Positions 35,056 to 47,290 of a stretch of DNA of 64,000 nucleotides are shown here, piece after piece. Origin of the DNA: Felis catus (lineage: Eukaryota); assembly GCF_018350175.1 (NCBI RefSeq), contig NC_058369.1, positions 13,890,001 through 13,954,000 of the forward strand. Direction: 5' to 3'. A model generated the notes under the pieces. That model ran no database searches, had not been told where the DNA came from, and saw nothing but the letters and a program-made list of their open reading frames with translations. The stretch's first letter is position 1. Every line of letters starts with the position of its first letter. A program made the translations under genes and the position numbers.

Positions 35056-35844
35056 TTTCTTTTTTAAAGCTTTATTGTTCGTTCTAAGATGACCTTTGCC
35101 TCCTGAGTCCTTATTTTGAGGTGCAGGAACCTCTGTTTCACTTGTCCCCATCCCCCCCATCGAGCCACCCCCACAGGTAAACCCATCCTTGTGGGGCAGA
35201 TATTCTTGGTTTTGTGACTTGCCCACAATTTGCTGTGCCCCTCCACCTCCCCTGCTTCATTGACCCTGACAGACAGGGAGATCCCACCTACTCTGTCATG
35301 TCCTGGGCCTGGGCTCAAATCTTGCTGGTTGTCTTACAGCTCTGGGACTATGGACAAGCCACTCATTGTGTCCCTGTCCCTGGAAAGTAGGACCAATGGG
35401 CCTTTCGCCTAGACTGGGCAGTCACCATAGCCTAGAAGCTGATTCTTCAGAAAATGACTTTGTGGTCATGTGGTTGCCCTCCCCTGGGGTGCTGGGCACA
35501 AGGAGCTCACTGGGCAGGTGTCAGAGTAGCTGGGCCTCCAAGAAGGTTGGCCTTTCCTGGCCTGCGACACCCCAACCCTGGGGACCAGAGCTGCCCTGGA
35601 AGCTGTCAGTCACAGAGCTCCTCCTCCATGCCTGTGCTGGGGCCCTGTGCCGGCACCGTGATCCCACCCCCACCCCCTGCAGGGGAGAGAAGAGAGGTTT
35701 GCCCTCAGTGGGGGGGGGAGGGCAGCTTGCTAGGGTATGGGGGACAGTGATGTCGACATGAAGAGTCCTGCACTGCAGAATACGCACTCAGGAGACACAT
35801 TGAGAATGAAAAAATAATGAAATAAAGTTTAAGAGGAGGGGTGG

Positions 35845-36260
35845 AAGGAACTCAGATGTCCACAGATGGGTGAAGGGATCAAGAAATTGTGGTCCGGCCA
35901 CACGATGGAACGTTACTCAGCCGTGAAAAGGAGCAAAGCATCGATTCACGCTGCAACGTGGATGACCCTCGAAAACATGCTGAGTGAAAGAAGCCAGACA
36001 CAAAAGACCACACGGTATATGATTCCATTTACACGAAGTGTCCAGCGGAGCCACATCCAGAGGCAGAAAGCAGATTGGCCGTTGCCAGGGGCTGGGGGGG
36101 GGGGAGGGGGAGGGGGAGCGACTGCTGATGGGGACGGGGTCTCATTTCGGGGGGTGAAAATGTTCGGGAACTAGATAGAGGCGACGGTAGTAAATGTCAC
36201 TGAATTGCTCACTTTGAAATGGTGCATTTTATGCTATGTGAATCTTATCTCAATGAAAAA
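35845..36260 (+). mobile_element. Old L1 (L1MB-like) 3' fragment
   Basis: aacgtggatgaccctcgaaaacatgctgagtgaaagaagccagacacaaaagaccaca...atgattccattta. Confidence 0.82.
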
Positions 36261-36526
36261 ACAAAAGGGACATTGGAGCCTCCTCAGTTCGAGCAGAAAC
36301 CCTGCCCCTTTCACAGGTGGCAAATGGAGGCTGGCAAATGGTGTCCTTTGCCAAGGCCAGTTGGTGGCCAGGTGGCAGACGCGGCCGGGACCCAGGTTTT
36401 GTTTCTGCCTCTCCGGGGCTGGTCCTGGCGAGCTGGCGCCTCAGGCGAGCCAGCCCAGGGTCCCCGGGCAGAGACCAGACAGACCTGTGGCCGCTGAGCT
36501 GAGCCCCCACCTCTGCTCCCCTGCAG

Positions 36527-36709
36527 CATGGCTGACAAAAATGGAGCTCTCAAGTGCACCTTCTCGGCGCCCGGCCATAGCACCAGCCTGCTGCAGGGCC
36601 TCGCTGCCCTCCGTGCCCAGGGCCAGCTCCTGGACGTCGTGCTCACCGTCAACAGAGAGACCTTCCACGCGCACAAGGTGGTCCTGGCCGCCTGCAGCGA
36701 CTACTTCAG
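36527..36709 (+). CDS. KLHL26: KLHL26 coding exon 2 (first part of the BTB domain)
   Basis: cccctgcag acceptor. Encodes MADKNGALKCTFSAPGHSTSLLQGLAALRAQGQLLDVVLTVNRETFHAHKVVLAACSDYF, with the BTB signature HKVVLAACSDYF. AG|GTGAGC donor; 183 nt, phase 2-2. Confidence 0.96.
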
Positions 36710-38879
36710 GTGAGCACAGGTCTCGGGGGACAGGCTGGAGAGCGCCCACCCTACTGAGAGGGAGTGTGATCTCAGTGCCAGCCAGCCAGCACGTCGCTGA
36801 GGGAAAATGGCTGGCGTTGGCCGCACATTCGGTAAACCTGTAGCTTTGTTTAGGTTTGTAACTTTCTCAAACTTTTGGGGCCCATGGTGCAGGCAAGCAG
36901 AACAGGCCTGGGGGATGGAGGTGGCCCGCGGGCACTGGATTAACCGTTTCTGCCCTGGGGGAGTGGCAGGGCTTGGCCAAGTTTTCACTCTGTCTTTGTT
37001 TGACACTGGCGTGTCCCAGGCACTATGCTTGGCCTTGGCGTTCCAGCAGGGATAAGACAGACATGAGTCTCTGTCCTCGTGGTTCCTGTACTCAGGCTGA
37101 GGGATAGGAGGGATGCCTAGATGGGGGTCCCCGCCTGTACCTGGGACTGTGTTGCAGTCCCCTCATGCCGGGTGAGGCCTTGCTGGGTGTACTGGTCAGT
37201 CTGCTGCGAGGGTCTTCTCCTAAAGTCTCCTTCCCTACGCTGGGCTGGGCAGGGGGGTGAGGGCCCCTTGAAGAAGGGCGAGGGCCATTCTCACCAGCTG
37301 GGGGCTGTCACGGGCTGAGGACAGTCTCCTCATTTCCTCAGTGACCAGCTGGCCGGTTCCTCCTGCCAGGCTGTGACCCTGCCAGAGAGAGCTGGGGCGC
37401 TGTCCTGGGGTGGTTCTCTGGCCCCACTTTGCCAGTGGTGGCTGAAGTGCCCCTGCAGACTGCGTCTCGGAGCTCCAGCCTCGGCGTGTTCCGAGGCCCG
37501 GACGGTCCTCGAGGCCAGGGTGGTGAGGCTGGGATGGCTTGCCCGGTGCGCCCCCCAGCTGCCCGCCCCCCCCCCCAGGCCCAACAAGGCCATTCTGGGG
37601 AGACGGAGCAGCCAAGCCATCTGGGGCGCCGTTTCTATTTTTATTCTGGATTTGGGGACGGGTGGGCCGGCCCAGCCAGAAATGCCCTTTAAAGGCTCCT
37701 CTGCGCTGGCACTGCAGCCGGCAAGGCCTTAAAAGGCAAAGCTCCCTCCCGTCGCCGTGGCTGCCTCTGTCTTCAATGGGCTGATGGGACTCATGGGGAC
37801 AAGAAGAGGCAGGGTCCGGGGGGCTGCCCGAGCTCTGCTCCTAGAAGGCTCCATGGCGCTGCTGCTCACAGGGGCGGGCAGTTGTTAGCTGGTGGCTCAA
37901 CTGTCTTTACTCTGGGACCTGACCCCAGACCACGCTGGTTGTGTGACTTCAGGACAGGTATCCGTTGGGTGAATGGATGAGGGAGTTCCTTCTCCTTGGT
38001 CAGCCGTCACAGTGCACATCTGCCCCGTGAGAGGAACCTCCGATGAACTCCCAGCAGGTGCTGGGGTTCTTTCCCCTCCTCCTGACGGGGGACCCCAAAA
38101 GCCACGGGGTGCTCTGACCCAGGTCCTGTTTCTCTCACTGGTGCTCACACTAGCACTGCTTTCCAGAGCAGGCAGAAAGGCTGACAGCTGGTGTCACTCA
38201 CTGGGAGTCTCACGGTGGGCTAGGGCTCCTGTGGGTCATCCTCGGGGTGGGGGGGCTTTCCTGACTGTCTGGCCTCTCTCTGGAAATGACAGTGACCTTG
38301 GGTGGGGCCTCCTAGCGTGTACTCTGACCGGGGAACCCTAACCCTCTCCCTGTCCCTGTGTGACAGGGCTGAGATTCAGGCTGGGGAAGGTGAGGCCACG
38401 GGCCCACATGTGCCTGCCGGTGAGGGGCTGGGCTCTGAGAACCATGGTGCACGGTGTTCTTGGGGTCCCCACCTTGTCTCCTGAGCCTGCTGTGTGTGTG
38501 GTCTTCCAGGGCCGGGTGCCAAGGTAGGGCTGCACCTGTCTCCAGCGTCAAAACCAAGGTTTTGCCTTCTTTTGCCCACCCGTACCTGCCCCGCCATGAG
38601 CGGGCCCTAGCACTCCACACCCCTGGGTGGGCTGAGCCCGGCCCCAAAATAGAGGGGCAGAGTGGGGAGTTGCTGTTTGTAGGAAGACATGTGGCTCGGG
38701 TGGGTTAAACATCTTTCTTTTCTTTTTTTTTTTTTTTTTGCGTGTCTTTAATGAGCATCTGGCCTCTTTCCCCTGGCTGGCCGTGCCCTGCTCATGGTGT
38801 CCAGGGGCCAGGCTATTCCTGGGTGGCCACGATGCCCCTTGGCAGCCCCGAGCCTACATGCTGTGTTTCCGAACTTCAG

Positions 38880-40461
38880 GGCCATGTTCACGGGTGGCAT
38901 GAGGGAGGCGAGCCAGGATGTCATCGAGCTGAAAGGCGTGTCGGCCCGCGGCCTGCGGCACATCATCGACTTTGCCTATAGCGCCGAGGTGACGCTAGAC
39001 CTGGACTGCGTGCAGGACGTGCTGGGTGCGGCCGTGTTCCTGCAGATGCTTCCCGTGGTGGAGCTGTGCGAGGAGTTCCTCAAGGCCGCCATGAGCGTGG
39101 AGACCTGCCTGAACATCGGCCACATGGCCACCACCTTCAGCCTGGCCTCGCTCAAGGAGTCGGTGGATGCCTTCACCTTCCAGCACTTCCTGCAGATCGC
39201 TGAGGAGGAGGACTTCCTGCACCTGCCGCTGGAGCGCCTCGTCTTCTTCCTGCAGAGCAATCGGCTGCAGAGCTGTGCCGAGATCGACCTGTTCCGCGCC
39301 GCGGTTCGCTGGCTGCAGCACGACCCGGCCCGGCGGCCGCGCGCCAGCCACGTGCTCTGCCACATCCGCTTCCCGCTCATGCGGTCGTCGGACCTGGTGG
39401 ACAGCGTGCAGCCGCTGGACATCATGGTGGAGGATGTGCTGTGCCGGCAGTACCTGCTGGAGGCCTTCAACTACCAGGTGCTGCCCTTCCGGCAGCACGA
39501 GATGCAGTCCCCGCGCACGGCCGTGCGCTCGGACGTGCCCTCCCTGGTCGCCTTCGGCGGCACGCCCTACACGGACAGTGACCGCTCCGTCAGCAGCAAG
39601 GTGTACCAGCTGCCCGAGCCCGGTGCCCGCCACTTCCGTGAGCTCACGGAGATGGAGGTGGGCTGCAGCCACACGTGCGTGGCCGTGCTGGACAACTTCG
39701 TGTACGTGGCGGGCGGCCAGCACCTGCAGTACCGCAGCGGCGAGGGCGCGGTGGACGCCTGCTACCGCTACGACCCCCACCTGAACCGCTGGCTGCGGCT
39801 GCAGGCCATGCAGGAGAGCCGCATCCAGTTCCAGCTGAACGTGCTGTGCGGCATGGTGTATGCCACGGGTGGCCGCAACCGGGCCGGCAGCCTGGCCTCC
39901 GTCGAGAGGTACTGCCCGCGGCGTAACGAGTGGGGCTACGCCTGCTCCCTGAAGCGCCGCACCTGGGGCCACGCCGGCGCCTCGGCGGGGGGCCGCCTCT
40001 ACATTTCAGGGGGCTACGGCATCTCGGTGGAGGACAAGAAGGCGCTGCACTGCTACGACCCCGCCGCTGACCAGTGGGAGTTCAAGGCGCCCATGAGCGA
40101 GCCCCGCGTGCTTCACGCCATGGTGGGTGCCGGCGGCCGCATCTACGCCCTCGGGGGCCGCATGGACCACGTGGACCGCTGCTTTGACGTGCTGGCCGTG
40201 GAGTACTACGTGCCTGAGACAGACCAGTGGACCAGCGTGAGCCCCATGCGGGCTGGCCAGTCAGAGGCCGGCTGCTGCCTGCTGGACAGGAAGATCTACA
40301 TTGTGGGGGGCTATAACTGGCGTCTCAACAACGTGACGGGCATCGTGCAGGTGTACAACACGGAGACGGACGAGTGGGAACGCGACCTGCACTTCCCAGA
40401 GTCGTTCGCGGGCATCGCCTGTGCCCCCGTCCTGCTGCCCCGGTCAGGGACCAGGAGGTAG
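38880..40461 (+). CDS. KLHL26: KLHL26 coding exon 3 (rest of BTB, BACK, six Kelch repeats, stop)
   Basis: ttcag acceptor at 38878-38879. Reads RAMFTGGMREASQ...; Kelch GG/Y/W motifs; ends LLPRSGTRR-TAG. Spliced CDS is 77+183+1582 = 1842 nt = 613 aa plus stop. Confidence 0.97.
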
Positions 40462-40912
40462 CTCCCGGGACCCGTGGGACCCGGCCCAGCCTCATGCCGT
40501 CTCTGCCAGGGGTTTTGGTGAGCGCACACCGGGGCTGAGGACCACAGAACCACCCCCCCCCGGCCCGCGGCCTGACATCTTGGGGTCTGCTGCGTTGATA
40601 AGGCCCCTCCCCCTGGGGTCTCTCCTTCCTTCCCGAAGCAGATCCTGGCTTCGTGCCCACCGAGGGAGCCTGCCGGCCCTGAGGCCGACATGTCACGGCA
40701 GCGGGGGTTTCCTCACCCGCCCCACATCCTCGCTCATGGAGGGAATCGGGATCTCCTTTGGGGTGTTGTTGTGTGGCTTACGTCCCACTTCTCTCTCCTC
40801 CCCCAGCTCGGCAGTCTCAGACGCTCAGATGCAAGCTTATTAGCGTCGAGCCCCAAACCCATGGTTTGCACCCTGCCCCCTCCCAAGTTTCTTGCACTGT
40901 GCGTTTTTAAAA

Positions 40913-40918
40913 AATAAA
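40913..40918 (+). terminator. KLHL26: KLHL26 candidate proximal polyA signal
   Basis: AATAAA about 450 nt after the stop. Confidence 0.4.
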
Positions 40919-41720
40919 TACCCCCCAAACTCTGAACACACAGACCTCTAGGAGCTGGTAAGGTGGCAGGGGTGCGCCCCGCTCAGGGTTGACTTCAAGG
41001 GCGGGCATGTTCCTGCCCCCAATAAGCCTGAGCCGCGGGGGTGGGGAGGATGGCCTTGGACGAGGGTCTCGCGCTTATCTTCATTCCCGTCCCAACTCCC
41101 TCAACGTGTTCTGTCGTCCACTTCCAGAAGGAGAAAACACAGCCAGCTCTCAGAGAGGGTCCTTATGGTTTCCCAGCCTTCTATTTGGTGCTGGGCATCT
41201 CAGGGGTCCTCAGTGAGGAGCGGGCCGACACGCTAGGGGGACACCTTTAGAATCTCTCAGTGTGTCTGCATTCCACAAGTCTGATGATTTTTATTTCTCT
41301 CCCTTTTTCCAGCCCCCCACCCCCCCACCCCCGCCCCACCCATCCCATGTTCCGGTTGTGGGCCACAGGGCCTGTGCCCTCAGCAAGGGAGGTCAGGCGG
41401 GTGGTGCAGGCTCTTCCCTTCAAGGGCTTTGCAGCATCTCTGGCCACATTTGATTTGGTGTCAAACCTCTAAAGCTGGTTTGGTCTGGTTTTGCTGTTTT
41501 AGTGTTTTTTTTTTTTTTTTTTCTCCTTTGGTTCTGTCTTGCTTCTTTTAAGACACCGGCATTGCTATCTTATAAATGGGATTTGTACCCTCGGGGCAAC
41601 TTAAAGTGTCTCTTCTGCTGCTAACGGACGATTGATGTTGTGTCTCTGTGACCCACTCACCGTGTAAAGAATTAACCTCATATCTTAGCAGATGTCGTCT
41701 CCTAATATTTTCCTTCATTT

Positions 41721-41726
41721 AATAAA
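41721..41726 (+). terminator. KLHL26: KLHL26 probable major polyA signal
   Basis: AATAAA at the end of an AU-rich block (41460-41730) containing TGTA elements and a U-tract. Confidence 0.65.
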
Positions 41727-42924
41727 AATGTTATGGTGAGGAGATGGAGAGGGCCCAGCGCTGAGCTTGTGGGGCCTGATGGGTCACAGATTCCTCACGT
41801 CCTGTGTGTGGTTAGGGGCTCCTCTCCCCTCCTCACCCTTTTCCAGCATTGCAGAGGGGCTGGAAGAGGGGCTGGCCTTTGGCTCAGCGGCGTGGGGCAG
41901 TGGGAAGTGTGGCCAGAACTTCCACCTAGGGACTGGAGGAGAAGACAGATCCGCCCTGGGCTGGGTGGCCTTCGGTGAGACTCTCTCCAGGTTGTTCCAT
42001 GCGCCTGCTGGCTTCGTCCCCGGCCACCAGACAGCCCCCAGCTCCTGGCAGGTTGTCTCCATCTGCTCAGTCCTGGGGTGTGAGATTGGGGAGCCAGGGA
42101 GCCCCTCTCCCTGGAGGCCATGATGGGGGAGACGCAGGGCAGTCCTAAAGGAAGCATGAAATCATCACCATTCCATATGGGCCTGAGAGCTCCGTGAATC
42201 GCCCCCAACCCCGGCTCTCATGCCTGGCCTCGCCACGGACCAGGCTGTATGTTGGTGGAGAATGCCTGCTGTTCACGGACAGCTTTCTGAGATGGGAGGC
42301 TTCCCGGATCACCCTCAAAATGCACCCACAGGCCTGGTGCTCCTGTGCAGCAGCCTTCGGGGCCCCAGAGCGAAGCCGGATGTGTGGGTGGGGGGCAGTG
42401 TTGAAATAAAAACTTGGTTGGGAACCAGGAAGGAGACCATGCTGCCAGGGGCATTGAAATAAAAGCGGCAGCCCTTGGGGACTTACCAGAACATTCCAGT
42501 CCCTTTTCACCCCCCTCCCCAACCTGAGCTCCCCCAAAGAGAACCCTTCCCTGCTAGAGGCATGGCCCCTTCAGGGGGGCAGTGAGAATCTTTTGCCAGC
42601 TGCAAGTCCCCCCAGATCAGCTCACACCTCAGAACATCTTGTCCCCAATGAGCTGGCAGGGGTGCCGGCGCAGGGGGTGGGGTTGGGGGGGGGGTGTGCG
42701 CCGTATCTAACCGGGTCGATTGTGCATAACCGTCTGGGCTGGTTCATGGAATGTTCTCAGGGGCCCCCTGCCCCTCCCTCTTCACCACCTCCCCCCCCCC
42801 GGAAGAAAGGAAAATTATTTTTCGTATTGTAAACTTTAAACACGAAAAAGCTGTTTTTAATTTAGCAGAAACTGGCTTGAATCTTCACTTGGTGAACGTT
42901 TGTGTCCTTCAGAGAAAGGCGGAA

Positions 42925-43102
42925 CATGCATTTGCACACACATGCTTGCACAAATGCACGCACATGCATATGAGCTCACATGCACACCTGCACTCGTGCA
43001 CTGTGACATGCACGTTGACATGGTCACACTGGTATTCACACGTAGCCTTGCTCGTATGCTGAGTGACATGCACACGCACTTGCTCACACAAATACACTCA
43101 CA
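42925..43102. repeat. Low-complexity CA/TGCA-rich tract
   Basis: Repeated catgcacac-like units. Confidence 0.75.
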
Positions 43103-43779
43103 CTCGTCCTTGGACCTGCCCGGGCCTCTCTGCATGGTATCCTAAAGGGTTCTGGGTCCTGTCAGCTCATCTCCTCCCCTCACCTTTCATCCAGGATGGC
43201 TTGGGCCATGAATGGCCAGCCACTGCGTGTAGGGACGGAGCCTGGGGAAAGCCCGTCTGCTTCCAGATGTCCCATTTCCCCACCGAGGCCCTGGATGCGG
43301 CCGGCAGGAGCCTCCCTCCACACCTGGGCTCGGGCTGTGGGAAAACGCTGTCTCCCGGGATGGTGGGATTCAGGCCCGCTAGAGGCAGGCCAAGTGTGAC
43401 TTCTGGGGCCTCGCAGCAAGCGAGGCCAAGGGGGCCTCCAGGGAGCTCTGTGAGGTGGGAATCTGCCCCGGACCTGGCCAGCTTGGAAACCCGCCCCTGG
43501 CTTTGTCTCCGAGAACGTAGCTCCATCTCCTGTGTTCTCACAGGCCCCGGAGAGTTTGCTTCTCATGGTGGAGCCTCAGTGCACGGGTTTTATTAGGGGC
43601 ACCTGGCCTTGGAAGCGCAGCCCGAATGTTCGCTGCACAAATGAGAGGTCCTGGGATGGGGAGGTGGGAGCAGAGCCTCATCCACTCCAGTGTCCCCGGG
43701 CACCATCTGCCTGCGGGTCCCAAGGGCAAGAGGGCCATGAAGCCGTGCTCCTGCCTACAAGGCCCCAGCTTATGTCTTG

Positions 43780-45160
43780 TCGCTGACCCTGCTTATCACC
43801 ATTCCGGCAGCCATTTCTCCCGCCTCACCAACAGAGCCCTGATTTGGTGCCAGCAACAGCGTGCCCAGCCTCGGGGGTTAATTTAGGATTTGGCTGAGCC
43901 ACTCTTGGCAATGCCTTTTGCCGGGGTTGTTTTTGATCTGGGCACATTTCCCAGATCTGGCCAGCCAGCTTTAAGGGGAGGTCGGGGTGGGGGTTTCTGG
44001 ACAAGGGAGAGGCCTTATTGCCCCCTTTCCTCCCTTACTGCTTCCTGTGAGGACATGATGCCAGGAGCTTCTGCAGCCATCTTGTGGCCACGAGGAGCAC
44101 GTTAAGCGAGGTGCAGAGATGCCACCTCCCAAAGCCCTGAAATCACAGGGCCACCTGTCCCACCCTGGAACTTCTGACCTCCGGACTCCTTTTTATGAGA
44201 AATCACGATGTTTGTGTCGCTTAAGATACTAGTGCTCAGGTAATTCTGATAGTTGTACCCCAAACAGTTTCAAAATTATATTATAAATGTAACATGCTGG
44301 GAGTTCCCCATCTTATGTAAGCCAGGGTTTCTATTTGCCAGCAACAGAAACTGCCTCTGGCTAATTTAAATAGCAAAAGCGTGTATTGGAAGACCATTCT
44401 GTTGTTCACGGAAGTGGCAGGAGGGCCGCAAAACCAGGCTCAGAAAACGCAGAGATCAAGGGGGGTGGCAGCCAGAGTGATCACCTGAAATCATGCCAGG
44501 GAACTGGCTGGTGAGGACACTTCTGCCTTCAGCACAGAATCCAGATGCCTCAGCTGGTACTGCCATCTGCCCTTGGCACTCAGCCGTAGCTGCCCCTGAA
44601 AACCAGATGCTCAATGGTATTTCTTTGTACCACTTGTTCCAGAACGCAGACGTCCTGTTGGCCTAGCCCACGTCCTGTGTCAGTATGCCCTAGCTGCCTG
44701 GGAAAAGAGTACATCGGCGTATTAGCTGCTACTGCTGGGTAACAAACAACCCCAAGCCTCAATGGCATGCAGAAATGAATGTTTATTTTTCGTGTTGTCT
44801 ATGACTCGGCTGAAGGGTGCTTGTTCTAGGCTGCCGCTGGCTGGGCATGCTCTGCTTCTGGGTACGAGGCTGTGGAATATCCAGGAGGCACAGATCCCCC
44901 TGTCTCACATCCCCGGACCAGCAGCTAGCCAACATGGGTTCTCCAGTGGTACCGGAGGACAAGTGGAATCGTGGGAGCCTTCTAAGGTCCAGATTTGGAA
45001 ATCGTTGTCTGGCCAAAGCAACTGACATGGCCAAGTCCAAAATCAGCACTGGGGAAACAGCCTCCGGCTTAAGAAGGACGACCTATGCAGTAGTGTTGCA
45101 AAGGGCAGGACACAGAGACCGAGGGGGAACTGAGGCCTGTAGTTTGATCAGTCATACTGT
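43780..45160. mobile_element. Several old MLT1-type LTR fragments
   Basis: gatgccaggagcttctgcagccatcttgtggcca, ttgccagcaacagaaac...ggctaattt, gggtaacaaacaaccccaag...aactgacatggccaagtcc resemble MLT1J/K-like sequence (by eye). Confidence 0.5.
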
Positions 45161-46104
45161 TGGCTCGGAGGCTTCTGGTGTCGGTGGGGGAGGGTCTACC
45201 TTGACATATGGGGACTCCCCAGACTTGGATGGGGACTGAGATGCTGGGCCACCAAAAAGAAAAGCCTGCTCTACGACTCCTGCAGCCAATCCACCCCCTG
45301 GTGGCCAGCCCTCCTTTTTTTTGTCAGGTAGGTTGGGGCTGTTCTTTTGGACTGCAACGAGGGGGTCTGTGTGGGAGTTCGGGGGGAGCTGGTCCAAGTC
45401 GCAGGGCACTAAGGTGTCACCGGAAGACCTACACCAGGCATCCCCTCAGCATGGGTGGTTACCAGGGAGGCACTGGAGTTCCTGCCCCTCAGCTCCAGCT
45501 TCTTCCTTCGGTCTTTGGCAACCCCACCTTGTCCCCCCCTTTCACCTAACAGCCCGAGATGGGGGGATAAGGCGTCCGGCTCTTCATCTAACCTCTTCCT
45601 ATTCAAGGGTAAAGGGTGAGTCCCATGTCCGGCATTTCTGGCTGCCTTCGGGTTCCCCCCTCTTGCTTTATAATCAAACCTGGCTCTTGCTTTGCCTTTC
45701 AAAACTTTCATGGGGGCCTGGTTTGGAAGTCAAAGACGGGCCCTGGATGGTTTTTCTCTTTGCCTTCCCGCTCCGATGGCCCGAATTCACCTCTACCCGA
45801 TGTGGGTACCCCGGATTGACTAAGATTCCATATAAGGCAGTGCAGAAAAGCAAGGCATGAAAACTAACATCTCGAGGTAGGGTTTTCTTTCCTAACAGTT
45901 ATTGAATGCTTGCGAGGAAGCAGGCGCTGAGCTAAGTGCTTTACATGCATTATCTATTTAATCTTCCCAAGAGCCTGTGGGAAAGAGTACCACCATCCAC
46001 ATTTAACACAGGACAGCCTGGCTCAGAGAGGTGAAGTTACCTTCCTCTTTTCACAGAGCTGGAGAACTCCTAAGGGTTGGACCACACAGGAATGTTCAGG
46101 AGTT

Positions 46105-46459
46105 TAGTTTTGTTTTTTTTTTTTAAGTTTATTTACTTATTTTGAGAGAGAGAGCGAGAGAGAGTGCCAAGAGGGGGAGAGGCATAGAGAGGGAGAGAGA
46201 AAGAATCCCAAGCAGGCCCCACGTTGTCAGTACTGAGCCCTATGTGGGGCCCGAACTCATGAACCGTGAGATCACGCCCTGAGCCGAAATCAATAGTCGG
46301 ACACTTAACCAACTGAACCACCCGGGCACCCCTTGTTGTTGTTGTTGTTGTTGTTGTTTTTAGTTTTATTTATTTAAGTAATCTCCACACCCAACGCGGG
46401 GCTTGCAACCCTGAGACCAAAGGTCCCGTGGTCCTCCAACTGAGCCAGCCAGGTGCCCC
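46105..46459 (-). mobile_element. Can-SINE (~46105-46332), (GTT)n (46333-46357) and short tRNA-derived SINE (~46358-46459)
   Basis: Two reverse-complement heads with a GTT run between them. Confidence 0.85.
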
Positions 46460-47077
46460 TAGAGTTTAGGTGTTAATTTAGCTTGTATTTAGAAGCTTTA
46501 TGTTGAGGGGTGCTATGGTCTGGATGCAGAGGAAGGGCATTCTAGGCCGGGAGGCAGCCTTAGCAAAGCCCTGAGGCAGAATGCAGCGAGGCTGGAGCAG
46601 CGGACCGGAGAAAGGGAAGAGTGGGAGAGGACGCTGGAGAAGCCGACTGGGAACAAAGAGAGCTAGACAGAGCTATGAAGCCGAGAGAGAAAACTATATC
46701 CTGCAGCCAGCAGGAAGTGGCTTAAAAGGACTCACTTCTTAGCTCACACTTGGATGTGCTCTGTAAATAAAGTGAAACTATCCAACAATTGGACACTCCC
46801 AGCCCCTTTAGGTCAGGACTGGCTGGAGAAGGACCCAGGACTGGGTGACCCTAGAGCAAGGAATACAGCTCTCCTTAGGGGTGAGGATAGGCTTTCGGGG
46901 GAGGGGGGGTGGTGGGGAGGCATTTGAGGTGGGTTTTGAGGGATGAATAGGAGTTTCCCAGGCAGAAAACGATTCATTTAACAAACACTTCCTAATCCTC
47001 CCTCTGTGCTTAGTTTTATGTTAGCTCTGGGGACCCAGGAAAACAGAATCAACAGGCAAGTATATAAAATGAGGCTT

Positions 47078-47290
47078 AGGGCTCCTGGATGGCTCAGTCA
47101 GTTAAGCGACTGACTCTTGATTTTGGCTCAGGTCATGATATCACAGTTTGTGAGTTCGAGCCCCTCATCAGGCTCCATGCTGACAGTGCAAAGCCTGCTT
47201 GGGACACTCTCTCTCTCCTTCTCTCTCTCTCTCTCTTGGCCCCTCCCGCACACACTCTCTCTCAAAATAAAGAAATAAACTTAAAAAAAA
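47078..47290 (+). mobile_element. Can-SINE
   Basis: TSD ataaaatgaggctt/ataaaacgaggctt; head, (CT)n and tail present. Confidence 0.9.

Noticed and set aside
37396..37414. REST/NRSE site
   Set aside because: Only one half-site (GGCGCTGTCC) matches; the other half and the spacing do not.
38794..38879. ATG and N-terminal 29 codons of the 555-aa ORF
   Set aside because: Intronic read-through upstream of the exon 3 acceptor. The BTB domain requires exon 2 spliced to 38880.
38976..39972. Long antisense and alternative-frame ORFs (325, 205, 164 aa) over KLHL26 exon 3
   Set aside because: Expected shadows of a CDS with very high GC at third codon positions; no recognisable protein features.
45828..45837. 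Isolated CArG boxes (CCATATAAGG here, CCTATATAGG at 52114-52123, CCTTATTTGG inside the MLT1 near 56083)
   Set aside because: A few single CC(W)6GG matches are expected by chance in 64 kb, and one is repeat-derived. No supporting motif cluster.
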